Shown here: in pieces, positions 21,568-31,296 of the stretch
How the letters are laid out: each line of letters starts with the position of its first letter
Position numbering within the stretch: the first letter of the stretch is position 1
From: an uncultured delta proteobacterium
GTDB taxonomy: Bacteria > Desulfobacterota > WTBG01 > CAIYCZ01
Direction of reading: 5' to 3'
Assembly: GCA_963803975.1 (NCBI GenBank)
Contig: CAWDOY010000001.1
Location: 128,001-192,000, forward strand
Length of the DNA stretch: 64,000 nucleotides
The notes under the pieces: model-generated
Told to the model about the DNA's origin: nothing
Seen by the model: only the letters and a program-made list of their open reading frames with translations
Database searches by the model: none
Position numbers and translations under genes: made by a program

Positions 21568-22563
21568 ATGCTAAGAGACATAATTAATGAAATCAGAACC
21601 TATCCCGGCTTAACCCGAAAGCGGAACATATACCGGATCACCAATATGCTCGCCCCGGTTGCAGATTATGGCGCAACGATTGCTGATTTTGGGGAGGATG
21701 CGGCAGCCATTTACCATAAGGGTGAGTTTCTCCTGCTTGCTGCCGACGGCATCTGGAAAGGCCTCATCGAGGCAAATCCCTATGCAGCAGGTAAAGCTTC
21801 GGTCATGGCCAGCGTGAATGATATTTATGCCATGGGCGGCCGTCCGCTGGCGATGGTGAATGTCATTGGTATTTCAGAGCCGCGATACTATGAAGAAATA
21901 ATGCGGGGCATTCAAAAGGGGTGCGAAAAATTCCGCGTTCCCATGGTCGGCGGGCATCTCCATCCGGATTCGAGCGAGGTCTCTCTGTCGGTGTCGATAC
22001 TGGGTGTGGCAAAAAAGCTTCTCCTGAGCACGAATGCCCGTGACGGCCAGGATATTGTCTTTGCCGTTGACCTTGAGGGCCGGGGCTATCAGTGCAAGCC
22101 GGTCATAAGCTGGGATACCAATTCAGGGAAAAATTCACAGCAGGTGCTGGAGCGGCTTGAAGTGCTTCCCTGCATTGCAGAAGCAGAGCTGTGTCAGACG
22201 GCAAAGGATGTGAGCAACGGCGGGCTATTGGGCACTATTGCTCTGATGCTTGAAGTATCGGGGAAGGGGGCGCTTATTACTATGGACAGCATTCCAAAAC
22301 CTGATTTATTTTCCATGACTGACTGGCTGAAAGCATTCTTAAGCTATGGTTTTGTGCTCAGTGTTGATAAGGAAAAAACCGGGTCTGTCATAGCGCGCTT
22401 TCGGGAGAAAAATATAGCTGCCAATGTTATTGGCGAGATTACGCTGGATAAGCGCATGGTTCTTTCATATCAGGGTGAACAGGATCTGCTGTTTGACTTT
22501 GAGAGAGAGGCAATTACCGGCATCACCACAGGCCTTGATGTCCCGGGATTCAGCTTTGGATAA
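21568..22563 (+). CDS. AIR synthase-related (PurM-like) protein, Sll0787 / methanogenesis marker 2-like
   Basis: FGEDAAAI, LLLAADGIW, VNDIYAMGGRP, VPMVGGHLHPD, AKDVSNGGLLGT. Confidence 0.8.
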   Translation: MLRDIINEIRTYPGLTRKRNIYRITNMLAPVADYGATIADFGEDAAAIYHKGEFLLLAADGIWKGLIEANPYAAGKASVMASVNDIYAMGGRPLAMVNVIGISEPRYYEEIMRGIQKGCEKFRVPMVGGHLHPDSSEVSLSVSILGVAKKLLLSTNARDGQDIVFAVDLEGRGYQCKPVISWDTNSGKNSQQVLERLEVLPCIAEAELCQTAKDVSNGGLLGTIALMLEVSGKGALITMDSIPKPDLFSMTDWLKAFLSYGFVLSVDKEKTGSVIARFREKNIAANVIGEITLDKRMVLSYQGEQDLLFDFEREAITGITTGLDVPGFSFG

Positions 22564-22643
22564 AGCACGTGCGGCACAAGGAAGCGTCGAGCGTTTCCGG
22601 GTGCCGGTGATTTAATTACGGTCAAATCAAGAGGAGGGCTATC

Positions 22644-23804
22644 ATGTATTGTAAAAAATGCGGGATCGAGATACACGGGGTGACGGAAACGGTATGTCCG
22701 CTTTGCAGCATGCCGTTAGAAGAACGACCTGCAGAACCACCGGGAGCAGCAGCAGATGAATCACTTGAGGTTCTGAAGCTCAAAGAGTTGATCTCTGATA
22801 TTGAGGGGACGGTTGAGAAATCAATCGGTACTGAGGAAAAGATCGCAGAATCAAAGGAAGAAGAGTTCCGGTTTGACCTGGAAAAGGCTCTCACAGAGGA
22901 CATTTCCGCAAAGCCGGTAAGTGCCGCACCAGCGGTCCCTGTTGGGGCAACAGCCAGTGACTATGAAAAAACCAGGGCTGTCATGGAGCAGACGCTCGCT
23001 GAGCTTGATCTGCCCACAGCCCCCCCGGAAGCACTATCCCCAAAACCGCCATCAAAGAATCTTGCCGCAGTGCTTATCCTCGTCCTTGTGGTAGGTGCTG
23101 GTGTTGCTGCAGGGTATATCTTCTCCGCAAAAGAGCCGCAGACAGTACCGCAGGCAGTTCCAGCGAAAAAAATATCTTCTCCGGCCCCGGTCAGCGCAAC
23201 CCCGCCTGCAATGGCAAAACCGCTTGTGCCGCAACCGCAGCAGCAAGAGATGCCGGCAACAGTAGAAAGCAAACCTTCAGCGCCCCCGGTCCCGTCAGCA
23301 GCAGAGCCGGTCAAAGAGCCGGCTGCTGCTGAGACGGTGCATCCCGTAAAACAGGAACCCGCGCCCCCTGCAGCCGAACCACTCAAAACCGCCAGTGAGC
23401 AGCCTCCGGTAGCTGCTCCGGTTTCACCACCACCAGAACCGGTCAAAGAACCGGCAGCTGCGTTGGTAACGTCCCCTGCTCAACCTCCTGCCGCAGAGCA
23501 AAAAGATACTGAGCCGCCACAAAATGCTCTCGAGCAGCCGAAGATGACGAAGGCCGTTGTTGCGGGTTTTTATTGTGTCAATGTGGGATCATTTAAACTG
23601 AAGGACAGCACAGAGCGGGTATGCGGGGATCTAAAGAAACAGGGCTATGAGCCAACTGTCGAAACAGTGACATTAAAGGACGGAAACACCTGGTACCGGG
23701 TTACTGTCGGCAACTTTGCGACGCGTGATGAGGCAGCACAGTTTGGCAGGGAGCTTGAGAGCAAAACCAACATAAAACCAATGGTAGTAAAAAGGAAACA
23801 ATAA
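22644..23804 (+). CDS. SPOR-domain membrane protein with N-terminal zinc ribbon and Pro/Ala-rich linker
   Basis: YCKKCG..CPLC; single TM; long PA-rich linker; YCVNVGSF..WYRVTVGNF SPOR motif. Confidence 0.8.
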   Translation: MYCKKCGIEIHGVTETVCPLCSMPLEERPAEPPGAAADESLEVLKLKELISDIEGTVEKSIGTEEKIAESKEEEFRFDLEKALTEDISAKPVSAAPAVPVGATASDYEKTRAVMEQTLAELDLPTAPPEALSPKPPSKNLAAVLILVLVVGAGVAAGYIFSAKEPQTVPQAVPAKKISSPAPVSATPPAMAKPLVPQPQQQEMPATVESKPSAPPVPSAAEPVKEPAAAETVHPVKQEPAPPAAEPLKTASEQPPVAAPVSPPPEPVKEPAAALVTSPAQPPAAEQKDTEPPQNALEQPKMTKAVVAGFYCVNVGSFKLKDSTERVCGDLKKQGYEPTVETVTLKDGNTWYRVTVGNFATRDEAAQFGRELESKTNIKPMVVKRKQ

Positions 23805-23891
23805 CAGCGCGCCGTTTATCCATATAGTATTCCACATGCCGCAATCTTTTGTGTACATAGAGTCCGGGACTCCTGCCCCTCGTTCATCTTG

Positions 23892-24752
23892 TTACAGGTA
23901 CAGTATCAGCCCGACCGTTAACCCGTAAAGCAGGATACAGATGATGAGCGGCAGGTCATTGAGCAGCACGTGCTCGGGACTGCCCCCCTCGTTTTTCTGA
24001 TGGATGAGGTAGAGGTATCTGAAGATCCCGTACAGCACAAAGGGGATGGTATATTTCAGCCGGTCAGTGCCGAACTTGCTCACCGTATCTTCTGACACGG
24101 TGTAGAGGGTATAGGTGATGACGGTTGATGCGGTAACCACTGAGATCATCTGGTCAAGAAGATAGGGGCTGTATTCAAAGAGAATCTTGCGGTGGTGGAC
24201 GGCATCATCCTCCAGCAGCAGCAGTTCGTGGCGCCGCTTGCTGAGCGCAAGAAAGAGCGAGAGCAGCATGGTGCAGAAGAGCAGCCAGGTGGAGAAGGGC
24301 ACGTCAATAACTTCCGCGCCGCCGATAGCCCGTAACACAAAGCCTGCAGCTATGCAGAAGACATCAAGGATAACGACATGCTTGAGCAGCGTTGAATAGG
24401 CCAGCTGCAGTACAAAATAGATGAGGGCGACGAGCATGAAGGTGAGGTTGGTAAACGCTGCAGCGCTGCCAAATGAGAGACAAAACAGCGCGATGGCGGC
24501 AATGACAGCAGTTGCCGGTTTTAATTTGCCGGAAGCCAGGGGGCGCTTTGATTTAATGGGATGTATCTGGTCCTGCTTGAGATCAAGGAGATCATTTATA
24601 ATATAGACACAACCCGAGAGAAAGCAGAAGATGGCAAACGCCGCAACTGTCCTGAACAGCAAAAGCGGAGAAAAAATATTTTGCGAAAAGATGAGGGCGG
24701 CAAAAAGGATGAGATTTTTTGTCCACTGCCGGGGCCTCATGCTGCGAAACAC
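23892..24752 (-). CDS. UbiA-family polyprenyl-phosphate phosphoribosyltransferase (DPPR-synthase-like)
   Basis: MRPRQWTKN, YIINDLLDLKQDQIHPIKSKRPLASG, LFLALSKRRHE, YGIFRY. Confidence 0.85.
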   Translation of the reverse strand: MFRSMRPRQWTKNLILFAALIFSQNIFSPLLLFRTVAAFAIFCFLSGCVYIINDLLDLKQDQIHPIKSKRPLASGKLKPATAVIAAIALFCLSFGSAAAFTNLTFMLVALIYFVLQLAYSTLLKHVVILDVFCIAAGFVLRAIGGAEVIDVPFSTWLLFCTMLLSLFLALSKRRHELLLLEDDAVHHRKILFEYSPYLLDQMISVVTASTVITYTLYTVSEDTVSKFGTDRLKYTIPFVLYGIFRYLYLIHQKNEGGSPEHVLLNDLPLIICILLYGLTVGLILYL

Positions 24753-24791
24753 GAGGAATGCAGTTGTATTGACGCATGTGCGAACTCTCTT

Positions 24792-25142
24792 TCAATGGGC
24801 AACCATCCATACACCCGCGATGATTAAGGAAAAGCCGGCAATCTGTATCGCGGTTATGGTTTCTTTTAGAAAAAGCCACGAGGCTATGATGACAATCACA
24901 TAGCCTACGCTGGTCATGATGGGATAGGCAACACTCAGGTTCAGTTTGGTCAGCACGTAGCAGTATGCGGCAAGGCCCAGGGCAAAACAGATCATTCCCG
25001 CCATAAGTACCGGATTCAGAATCATGCCCATGATAAATTCAGCAACACCGGTCACCGGCTTCTCTTTGAGCATTCCGACTTTCATTAAGATGTTTGCGAC
25101 AGCGTTAAAAGTAATGGCCAGAATGAGTATAACATAGCTCAT
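24792..25142 (-). CDS. SMR/EamA-family small membrane transporter (possible flippase subunit)
   Basis: 116 aa, 4 TM segments, LNLSVAYP, LFLKE. Confidence 0.75.
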   Translation of the reverse strand: MSYVILILAITFNAVANILMKVGMLKEKPVTGVAEFIMGMILNPVLMAGMICFALGLAAYCYVLTKLNLSVAYPIMTSVGYVIVIIASWLFLKETITAIQIAGFSLIIAGVWMVAH

Positions 25143-25406
25143 AGAAGTCCCTTCAACTATTGTTTTAATTTTATTTTAAAATTATCAAATAGTACCTATA
25201 TCATTAGGTAATTGTCAATTAAAATAGAAAAGCCTGCCAGGGAGAAGGTTACTGGGTGGCGAGTTCAGTGAACAGTGACTCGCACTGGAGAGCGCTTAAG
25301 ACGTGAACGACGTTGATGAATCAGTAAATTACCAGGTGCAGCCCGCACGTTAAAACAGGGATACGGCAGTAGCAGCGGTACAGAATTGCATCGTATCTGA
25401 ATAAAT

Positions 25407-25435
25407 TTGACAAGGATAGTAATTGCAAGTATACA
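25407..25435 (+). promoter_or_regulatory. Putative sigma-70 promoter of purM
   Basis: TTGACA-17 bp-TATACA. Confidence 0.45.
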
Positions 25436-25539
25436 ATTCTACCAAATGAAGGTGATGAATGTTGAATATAAAACAGATATACACCATGTGCTGCACAGCA
25501 GGGGAACTGCCCCGAGGTACATAGAAAGCACTTAACGGT

Positions 25540-26583
25540 ATGGTAAAAAAAATAAGCTACAAGGATTCAGGGGTTGATATTGATGCGGGCAATGAATTCG
25601 CGCGTTCGGTAAAGACCCTGGTGAAGCCGACATTCCGGCCTGAAGTTATTTCCGAGATTGGCGGATTTGCCGGCCTGTTCTCTCTCAACACAGGAAAATA
25701 CCGCACTCCGGTACTTGTTTCATCAACTGACGGCGTGGGGACAAAGCTGCGCATTGCTACCATGATGAACAAGCACGATACCGTGGGCATAGACCTTGTT
25801 GCCATGTGTGTTAATGATATTATCGTGCAGGGAGCAGAGCCCCTGTTCCTGCTGGATTATATTGCCACGGGGAAAATCGAGCAGAGCGTGCTGCTCGATG
25901 TCATCAAGGGCATTGTCAGGGGCTGCAAGGAGTCCGGCTGCTCGCTCATCGGCGGCGAAACCGCGGAAATGCCCTCATTCTATAAAGAGGGCGAATATGA
26001 CCTGGCGGGCTTTGTGGTCGGCGTGGTTGATCGTGAAAATATTATCGATGGCTCAAATATTACGGTGGGCGATAAGCTCATGGGCATAAGCTCAAGCGGT
26101 CTGCACAGCAACGGCTATTCACTGGTGCGAAAAATACTGTTCGAAAAACACCGCATGAAGATAGATGATTATGTAAAAGATCTGAAAAAAACGCTGGGAG
26201 AGGAACTGATCACCCCCACCCGGATTTATGCCAAAACCATAAGCAATTTATTGCGGGATTTCCCGCTGCACGGGATGTCCCACATTACCGGCGGCGGGCT
26301 CGTGGATAATATCGAGCGCATTCTTCCCCAGGGCTGCATGGCGCAGCTTAAGGCCATGAGCTGGGAGGTTCCGCCCATCTTCTCTTTCCTGCAGGAACAG
26401 GGCGGGTTAGACCAGAGCGAGATGTTCAGGGCGTTTAATAACGGTATTGGTATGGTGCTGCTCGTTGCAGAAGAGGATGCTGATGACATTATGCTGCGGC
26501 TGAAGGGCCTTAAGGAAAAGGCGTTTGTTATCGGCGAGATTGTTGAGCAGACGGAAAAAGGAGGGAGGATTGCATTTTCATAG
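25540..26583 (+). CDS. purM: Phosphoribosylformylglycinamidine cyclo-ligase
   Basis: YKDSGVDIDAGN, STDGVGTK, GGETAEMP, SSGLHSNGYSL, HITGGG. Confidence 0.98.
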   Translation: MVKKISYKDSGVDIDAGNEFARSVKTLVKPTFRPEVISEIGGFAGLFSLNTGKYRTPVLVSSTDGVGTKLRIATMMNKHDTVGIDLVAMCVNDIIVQGAEPLFLLDYIATGKIEQSVLLDVIKGIVRGCKESGCSLIGGETAEMPSFYKEGEYDLAGFVVGVVDRENIIDGSNITVGDKLMGISSSGLHSNGYSLVRKILFEKHRMKIDDYVKDLKKTLGEELITPTRIYAKTISNLLRDFPLHGMSHITGGGLVDNIERILPQGCMAQLKAMSWEVPPIFSFLQEQGGLDQSEMFRAFNNGIGMVLLVAEEDADDIMLRLKGLKEKAFVIGEIVEQTEKGGRIAFS

Positions 26584-26653
26584 CATTGTTATTTATTCTT
26601 AGTTTTCTCCAGACCGCATAGGTCAATACGAACTCGGTCGCTTAAGAGTATCC

Positions 26654-27325
26654 TTATTCTTTTAAAATACCCACCACTGTTTCTCCGGCCGTAACTGCAT
26701 CCCCCTTTTTTACCGTTATCTCGGCTGACAGCGGGCAGTAAATTTCCGCGCGGGAGCCGAAGCGTATCATGCCGATGCGCTCGCCCCGCTGGAGCTCGTC
26801 CTGGGCCTTTTTATACAACACAATCCTGCGCGCAATAAGCCCGGCAATAAGTTTTACGGCAATCGCGCGGGAGGAAGTTTGATCCTTTATCCCGATAAAC
26901 ATGCTCTCATTGTCAAGGGAGGCTTTTTCTTTGAACGCGGAAATAAATTTCCCCGGATGATAGTGCACGAAATCGAGCATTCCCTTCATGGGCGCGCGAT
27001 TCACATGAACACTGAAAACAGACATGAAGATGCTTACCCGCTTGACCGTGGTCTTGAGATAGAGCGGCTCCTGCACCTCCCTGATATCAATCACCGTACC
27101 GTCTGCAGGGGAGAGCAGTGAGCGGCTGTCAGCGGTTGCAGTGCGCTCAGGGTCGCGGAAAAACCAGGTGCAAAACAGGGCAAACAGTAACGACACGACA
27201 GCGACAGCACGGGCCGCGGTAACCAGGGACGAAGGGAGAACAGACGAGAGCCCATAAAGCGCTATGGCCAGAACCAGCGCACCTGCTATAAACGGATACC
27301 CTTCACGGGCAATAAGCGGAGTCAT
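26654..27325 (-). CDS. psd: Phosphatidylserine decarboxylase proenzyme
   Basis: WFFRDPER, SPADG, IFMSVFSVHVNRAP, GMIRFGSR self-cleavage motif. Confidence 0.93.
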   Translation of the reverse strand: MTPLIAREGYPFIAGALVLAIALYGLSSVLPSSLVTAARAVAVVSLLFALFCTWFFRDPERTATADSRSLLSPADGTVIDIREVQEPLYLKTTVKRVSIFMSVFSVHVNRAPMKGMLDFVHYHPGKFISAFKEKASLDNESMFIGIKDQTSSRAIAVKLIAGLIARRIVLYKKAQDELQRGERIGMIRFGSRAEIYCPLSAEITVKKGDAVTAGETVVGILKE

Positions 27326-27344
27326 GGATTATTATCCGATATTG

Positions 27345-28745
27345 TTACGAGTGTTTGCTCTTGTTTTTAGAGATTTTCCGGTTAAAGACAGCTTCAATTG
27401 CTTCCTGTATGGTTTCAACACCAATGAACTCTATTGTTCCCTGAGCGGGAATATTTTTCAAGCTGTTTTTTGGCACGAGGCATTGAGAAAAACCAAGCCG
27501 TGATGCCTCTTTGAGACGGACAGCTATCTGGCTGACAGCGCGGACTTCGCCCGTGAGACCCACCTCCCCGCAGACTGCCGTGTGCGGCGGGACCGGCTGG
27601 TCAAGCTTGCTTGACGCTATGGCGATGACTATCCCGAGGTCAACGCCCGGCTCGTTCAGGCGGATACCTCCTGCAATATTGACGAAAATATCCTGGTTGT
27701 AAAGGGGCAGCCCCAGTTTTTTTTCAAGTACTGCCACCAGCAGTGAAGTCCTGTTTGAATCCACGCCAATTGCTGTTCGCCGCGGAAGAGCCAGTGACGT
27801 GGGTGACACCAGGGCCTGAATTTCAACCAGTATGGGCCGCGTGCCTTCAATACTTGGCACCACCACAGAGCCAGAAGCATGCTCAGGGCGCTCTGAAAGA
27901 AACAGTTCTGAAGGGCTCAATACTTCGATAAGGCCGGCTTCCCCCATTTCAAAAACCCCTATTTCATTGGTCGAGCCAAAACGATTTTTAACCGCACGAA
28001 GTATTCTATAGGAATGCCCCCGGTCCCCTTCAAAATAGAGCACCGTATCTACCATGTGCTCCAGAACCCGCGGCCCGGCAATTGCCCCTTCTTTGGTTAC
28101 ATGGCCGATAAAAAACGCTGCCATATCAGCTGCCTTGGCAAGGAGGATGAGCTTACCCGAGGTTTCCCGTATCTGGCTGACACTTCCCGGCGCTGACTCA
28201 AGCTCGGCAGTGAACATGGTCTGAATTGAATCAATGACCAGGATGGCAGGATTGAGCTTCTTAACTTCTTCGATAATATTTTCAAGAGAGGTCTCGGCAA
28301 GAATAAAGAGATTGTCCGGCAAGTCGCCCAGCCGCTGGGCGCGCATGCGGGTCTGGCGCAACGATTCTTCACCGGAAACGTAAAGCACTTTCTGTTCTTT
28401 ACGGGCAAGGTGGATGAGAGCCTGCAGCGCAATGGTTGATTTGCCGATACCGGGATCGCCCCCGATAAGAATGACCGCGCCGCGTACCAGCCCGCCGCCG
28501 AGCACCCGGTCAAGTTCGCCGATACCGGCTGAGACTCTGTCTTCACTGTTTACGGTAATTTGATTGATCGGCTGCGGATGATTGTCGCGTTCGCCGGTTA
28601 TAGCAGAAAAAGAGGCAGCAGGTTTACTGCGGGCCAGCTCCTCGTAAAAAGTGTTCCACTGGTCGCAGTCAGGACATTTCCCCAGCCACTTGGGTGCCTG
28701 AAAGCCGCAGAACGAGCAGGTATAAATGGTTTTTATTTTAGACAT
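27345..28745 (-). CDS. radA: DNA repair protein RadA/Sms
   Basis: CSFCG..KWLGKCPDC, GGDPGIGKS, KNRFG, GEVGLTGEVR. Confidence 0.98.
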   Translation of the reverse strand: MSKIKTIYTCSFCGFQAPKWLGKCPDCDQWNTFYEELARSKPAASFSAITGERDNHPQPINQITVNSEDRVSAGIGELDRVLGGGLVRGAVILIGGDPGIGKSTIALQALIHLARKEQKVLYVSGEESLRQTRMRAQRLGDLPDNLFILAETSLENIIEEVKKLNPAILVIDSIQTMFTAELESAPGSVSQIRETSGKLILLAKAADMAAFFIGHVTKEGAIAGPRVLEHMVDTVLYFEGDRGHSYRILRAVKNRFGSTNEIGVFEMGEAGLIEVLSPSELFLSERPEHASGSVVVPSIEGTRPILVEIQALVSPTSLALPRRTAIGVDSNRTSLLVAVLEKKLGLPLYNQDIFVNIAGGIRLNEPGVDLGIVIAIASSKLDQPVPPHTAVCGEVGLTGEVRAVSQIAVRLKEASRLGFSQCLVPKNSLKNIPAQGTIEFIGVETIQEAIEAVFNRKISKNKSKHS

Positions 28746-28929
28746 ATATGAAAAGAGAAGAAAGAGAAACAGAGCAAAGAAGACAGACGACAGACAAAAG
28801 ACTAAGACATTAATAATCAGATACGTTTTTTTTAGTCTGTCATCTCACGTCTTGCGTCTGTATTCTGATGTTGTTCTGCATATTAGCAATTCTGCCGCAG
28901 CTGTCTATAGGTGCTTTATTCTGTTGAGT

Positions 28930-29028
28930 CAGCACCATATAACCGATTGTCAGCGGGAGAAGTGTTCCGAAATCACCCATGGGGCCGGCAAACTCTCGCA
29001 GGTTGAACTCAAAGGATTTTATTTTCAC
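28930..29028 (-). pseudogene. 5' fragment (~32 codons) of a MOT1-type molybdate/sulfate transporter gene
   Basis: MKIKSFEFNLREFAGPMGDFGTLLPLTIGY resembles the family N-terminus (E-AG--GD-GT--P); the similarity then stops abruptly. Confidence 0.55.
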
Positions 29029-29064
29029 CGGCTGCTTTGATGCAGGAGGAGTTTAAAAAAACTT

Positions 29065-29742
29065 CTATATTGTTCCGGTAGTGAACGTGATAACGCGGGC
29101 ACTTTCGCGGTAGCTGCCCTGACTATCAGTTGTTTTTTTAGCGCCCAGCGATAATGTGTACTGGGTTATTGGTTTGAGCAGACCGATCGGCAGCGCCAGT
29201 GTAGTTGTATTGGAAAGAAGCTCTATCCGGTAATTAATCCCGCCTCCCTTAATCTCTAAGAAGAGATTATCAATATCTGAGCTGCTAAACTGCGCCCATT
29301 CGATGACCGGAGTGAGCTGCACATTTGCTGCACCGTCTGTTGGATAAATGAGTACGGGGGTGTTGGGAAAGTCATGGGACATTAAAACGCTCTGTGAGTT
29401 TTTAAACGGACGGGGAAACAGGTAGAAATTGTACTTTCCTTCGGGGAATGATTCTATAAAATCTTCATAGGATGTATTTATTGATTCTAATGTTATCTTG
29501 TTCAGGTTCAAGCGGTTGCGGATTACCATGTTCTTATTGCGCGGTACCGTTATATAAACTTTTCTGGTATTTTTTAAAACATCGCCTTCAAGATCAAAAT
29601 TTACTTTGTAGGACTCGCCGGAGGAGGTGACATCCTTTCGCGCAATGAGACTTATTGTTAAGCCATCCTGCGCCAGGAGGTTAGAGATTGATCCGCTGAT
29701 CAGCATAATAATTGCAATCGTAATAACCGTAACTCTTTTCAT
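29065..29742 (-). CDS. Hypothetical secreted protein with C-terminal Ig/FN3-like segment
   Basis: Signal peptide; PVLIYPTDGA..LTPVIEW..LKPITQYTL..FTT; AAGGAG RBS; AT-rich. Confidence 0.6.
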   Translation of the reverse strand: MKRVTVITIAIIMLISGSISNLLAQDGLTISLIARKDVTSSGESYKVNFDLEGDVLKNTRKVYITVPRNKNMVIRNRLNLNKITLESINTSYEDFIESFPEGKYNFYLFPRPFKNSQSVLMSHDFPNTPVLIYPTDGAANVQLTPVIEWAQFSSSDIDNLFLEIKGGGINYRIELLSNTTTLALPIGLLKPITQYTLSLGAKKTTDSQGSYRESARVITFTTGTI

Positions 29743-29905
29743 TTCTTGCTACTCCTTTCATTAAAAAAACTTATTATCTTATTTAATATTCCCAGAGTGG
29801 GAATATTAATAGCATACAACTTGTTTTGATTCTACCATTTATCTTTTAGGCTGTGCGGAGGAATATAAACTACAGGAGCTTTGTGTTTAAAATATTATAT
29901 ATTTA

Positions 29906-29954
29906 ATAAATGTAGTCTGCAGTAGAAATCTGATTTAGTCCACCTTATCAGAAG
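29906..29954. repeat. 49-bp direct repeat, copy A
   Basis: 44/49 identical to 38242-38290 by eye alignment; contains a TCTGAT..ATCAGA hairpin. Confidence 0.85.
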
Positions 29955-30030
29955 GCTTAACAACCGCAGCCTGGGATGCCGGGGGCAGCTGCAGGTTGAT
30001 CCACTCTTCGCACAGTTATTTCTTTTGGCC
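29955..30030 (-). pseudogene. Relic fragment of a paralogue of the PotD-like binding protein gene at 38435-39539
   Basis: Collinear with 38623-38698 (shared CAGCTGCAGGTTGATCCACTC; encodes LCEEWINLQL) and carries an in-frame stop. Confidence 0.75.
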
Positions 30031-30117
30031 CGGTCAGCGCCACTTCGAGCCCTGTATGGTTTCACGGGAAGCCCTCTGTCTTTACCCGGATACTTACCCT
30101 GTCATTCAACGTCCCTG

Positions 30118-31152
30118 CTATTCTTTGGAAAATATCTCCAGCAGTTCATTCTTCCGCTTAATTACCGGCAGGTTATAGGGGCATTTCTCTTCACACCGGC
30201 CGCACTCCTCGCACCCCTGCCACCAGACCGTGAGCTTCCTCCACATCTCCTTCTTCTGCTCGGACATCTCCTCGTAGCTGCAGCCTTTCACCATCTCCCA
30301 GGGAAGCTGAATCATAATCGGAATAAGAATATCATTGGGACAGGGCATGCAGTAGCTGCAGCGGCGGCAAAAATCCTTTCCCAGCGGGGCAACCTCTTGT
30401 TCAAAACCCTTAAGCTCCTCCGGGGTGAGCGGGTCTGCGCTCTCTGCGTACCTTAGATTTTCGTTTAACTCGGCCAGGTTGGAAACGCCGTTGAGGATAA
30501 GATCAACGGGATACCCGTTCAGGAATTTAAAACATTTTTCAACACTTCTGATCACCCCGCCGGCCAGCGGCTTCATCACGATGGTGCCGATGTCCAGAGA
30601 CCGGGCCAGGGGAATCAGCTCCTGCTCCGGCTCCCGCTCGATCACGTTAAACGGAAACATCACCGTATCAAACTCACCGGTCTTCAGCAGCTCAACCATA
30701 ACGGCTGGATGGTGGCTGGTGAGCCCGATAAAATCGATCATTCCCTGGTCTTTTGCTTTTTTGAAAGCATCCAGCGCTCCCCCCTTACCCATTACCTGGG
30801 GGACCTCATGGGGCTCAAGCTCATGCACCTGGTAAATCTCTATCCGGTCTGTCTGCAATTCTTTCAGGCTTTCCTCAATATCTTCCAGCACTTCATCATA
30901 GCCCCGGCGGTGAGATTTGCTGGCAAGGATGCACTCCTTGCGCCGGGTTTTCATCACCGCGCCGATGTTGGTTTCAGAATCCAGGTACACCCGTGAGGTG
31001 TCGATAAAGTTTATCCCGTAATCGAGCGCGGCGTGGAGCACCTGCTCAATGGTCTCTTCATCCTTGCCGCCCATACCCGTGGCGAGAGGGATACCGCCCA
31101 GGCCCCACCTGGTGACTTCAAGATTAGTTCTTCCCAGCCTGATCTTTTTCAT
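30118..31152 (-). CDS. Aldo/keto reductase with C-terminal Fe-S dicluster domain
   Basis: RLGRTNLEV, GINFIDTSRVY..SE, MKPLAGG, CRRCSYCMPCP, CEECGRCEEKCPY. Confidence 0.88.
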   Translation of the reverse strand: MKKIRLGRTNLEVTRWGLGGIPLATGMGGKDEETIEQVLHAALDYGINFIDTSRVYLDSETNIGAVMKTRRKECILASKSHRRGYDEVLEDIEESLKELQTDRIEIYQVHELEPHEVPQVMGKGGALDAFKKAKDQGMIDFIGLTSHHPAVMVELLKTGEFDTVMFPFNVIEREPEQELIPLARSLDIGTIVMKPLAGGVIRSVEKCFKFLNGYPVDLILNGVSNLAELNENLRYAESADPLTPEELKGFEQEVAPLGKDFCRRCSYCMPCPNDILIPIMIQLPWEMVKGCSYEEMSEQKKEMWRKLTVWWQGCEECGRCEEKCPYNLPVIKRKNELLEIFSKE

Positions 31153-31296
31153 GCAGTGCCTCACGTATAGCTATTATTAAATTCTTTTATTTCTAATAGG
31201 CTCTTTAAGACAGTCAGCCACTTTAAGGGGATACGAACAAACGCTGCTTCTTTGCTGCTTTTGGGATTATGCCAAACTCATATCTCTAAATAAACA

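Noticed and set aside
25230..25400. Purine-related riboswitch (ZTP/PRPP) upstream of purM
   Set aside because: Conserved cores not recognisable, and the likely promoter lies downstream of this stretch.
29783..29809. 12-bp inverted repeat TTAATATTCCCA-gag-TGGGAATATTAA as an operator
   Set aside because: Single occurrence with no regulator nearby; cannot distinguish operator from hairpin.
29901..29928. dif/Xer site within the direct repeat
   Set aside because: Only a partial XerD-like arm (ATTTATTAAAT); no XerC arm, and not conserved in copy B.
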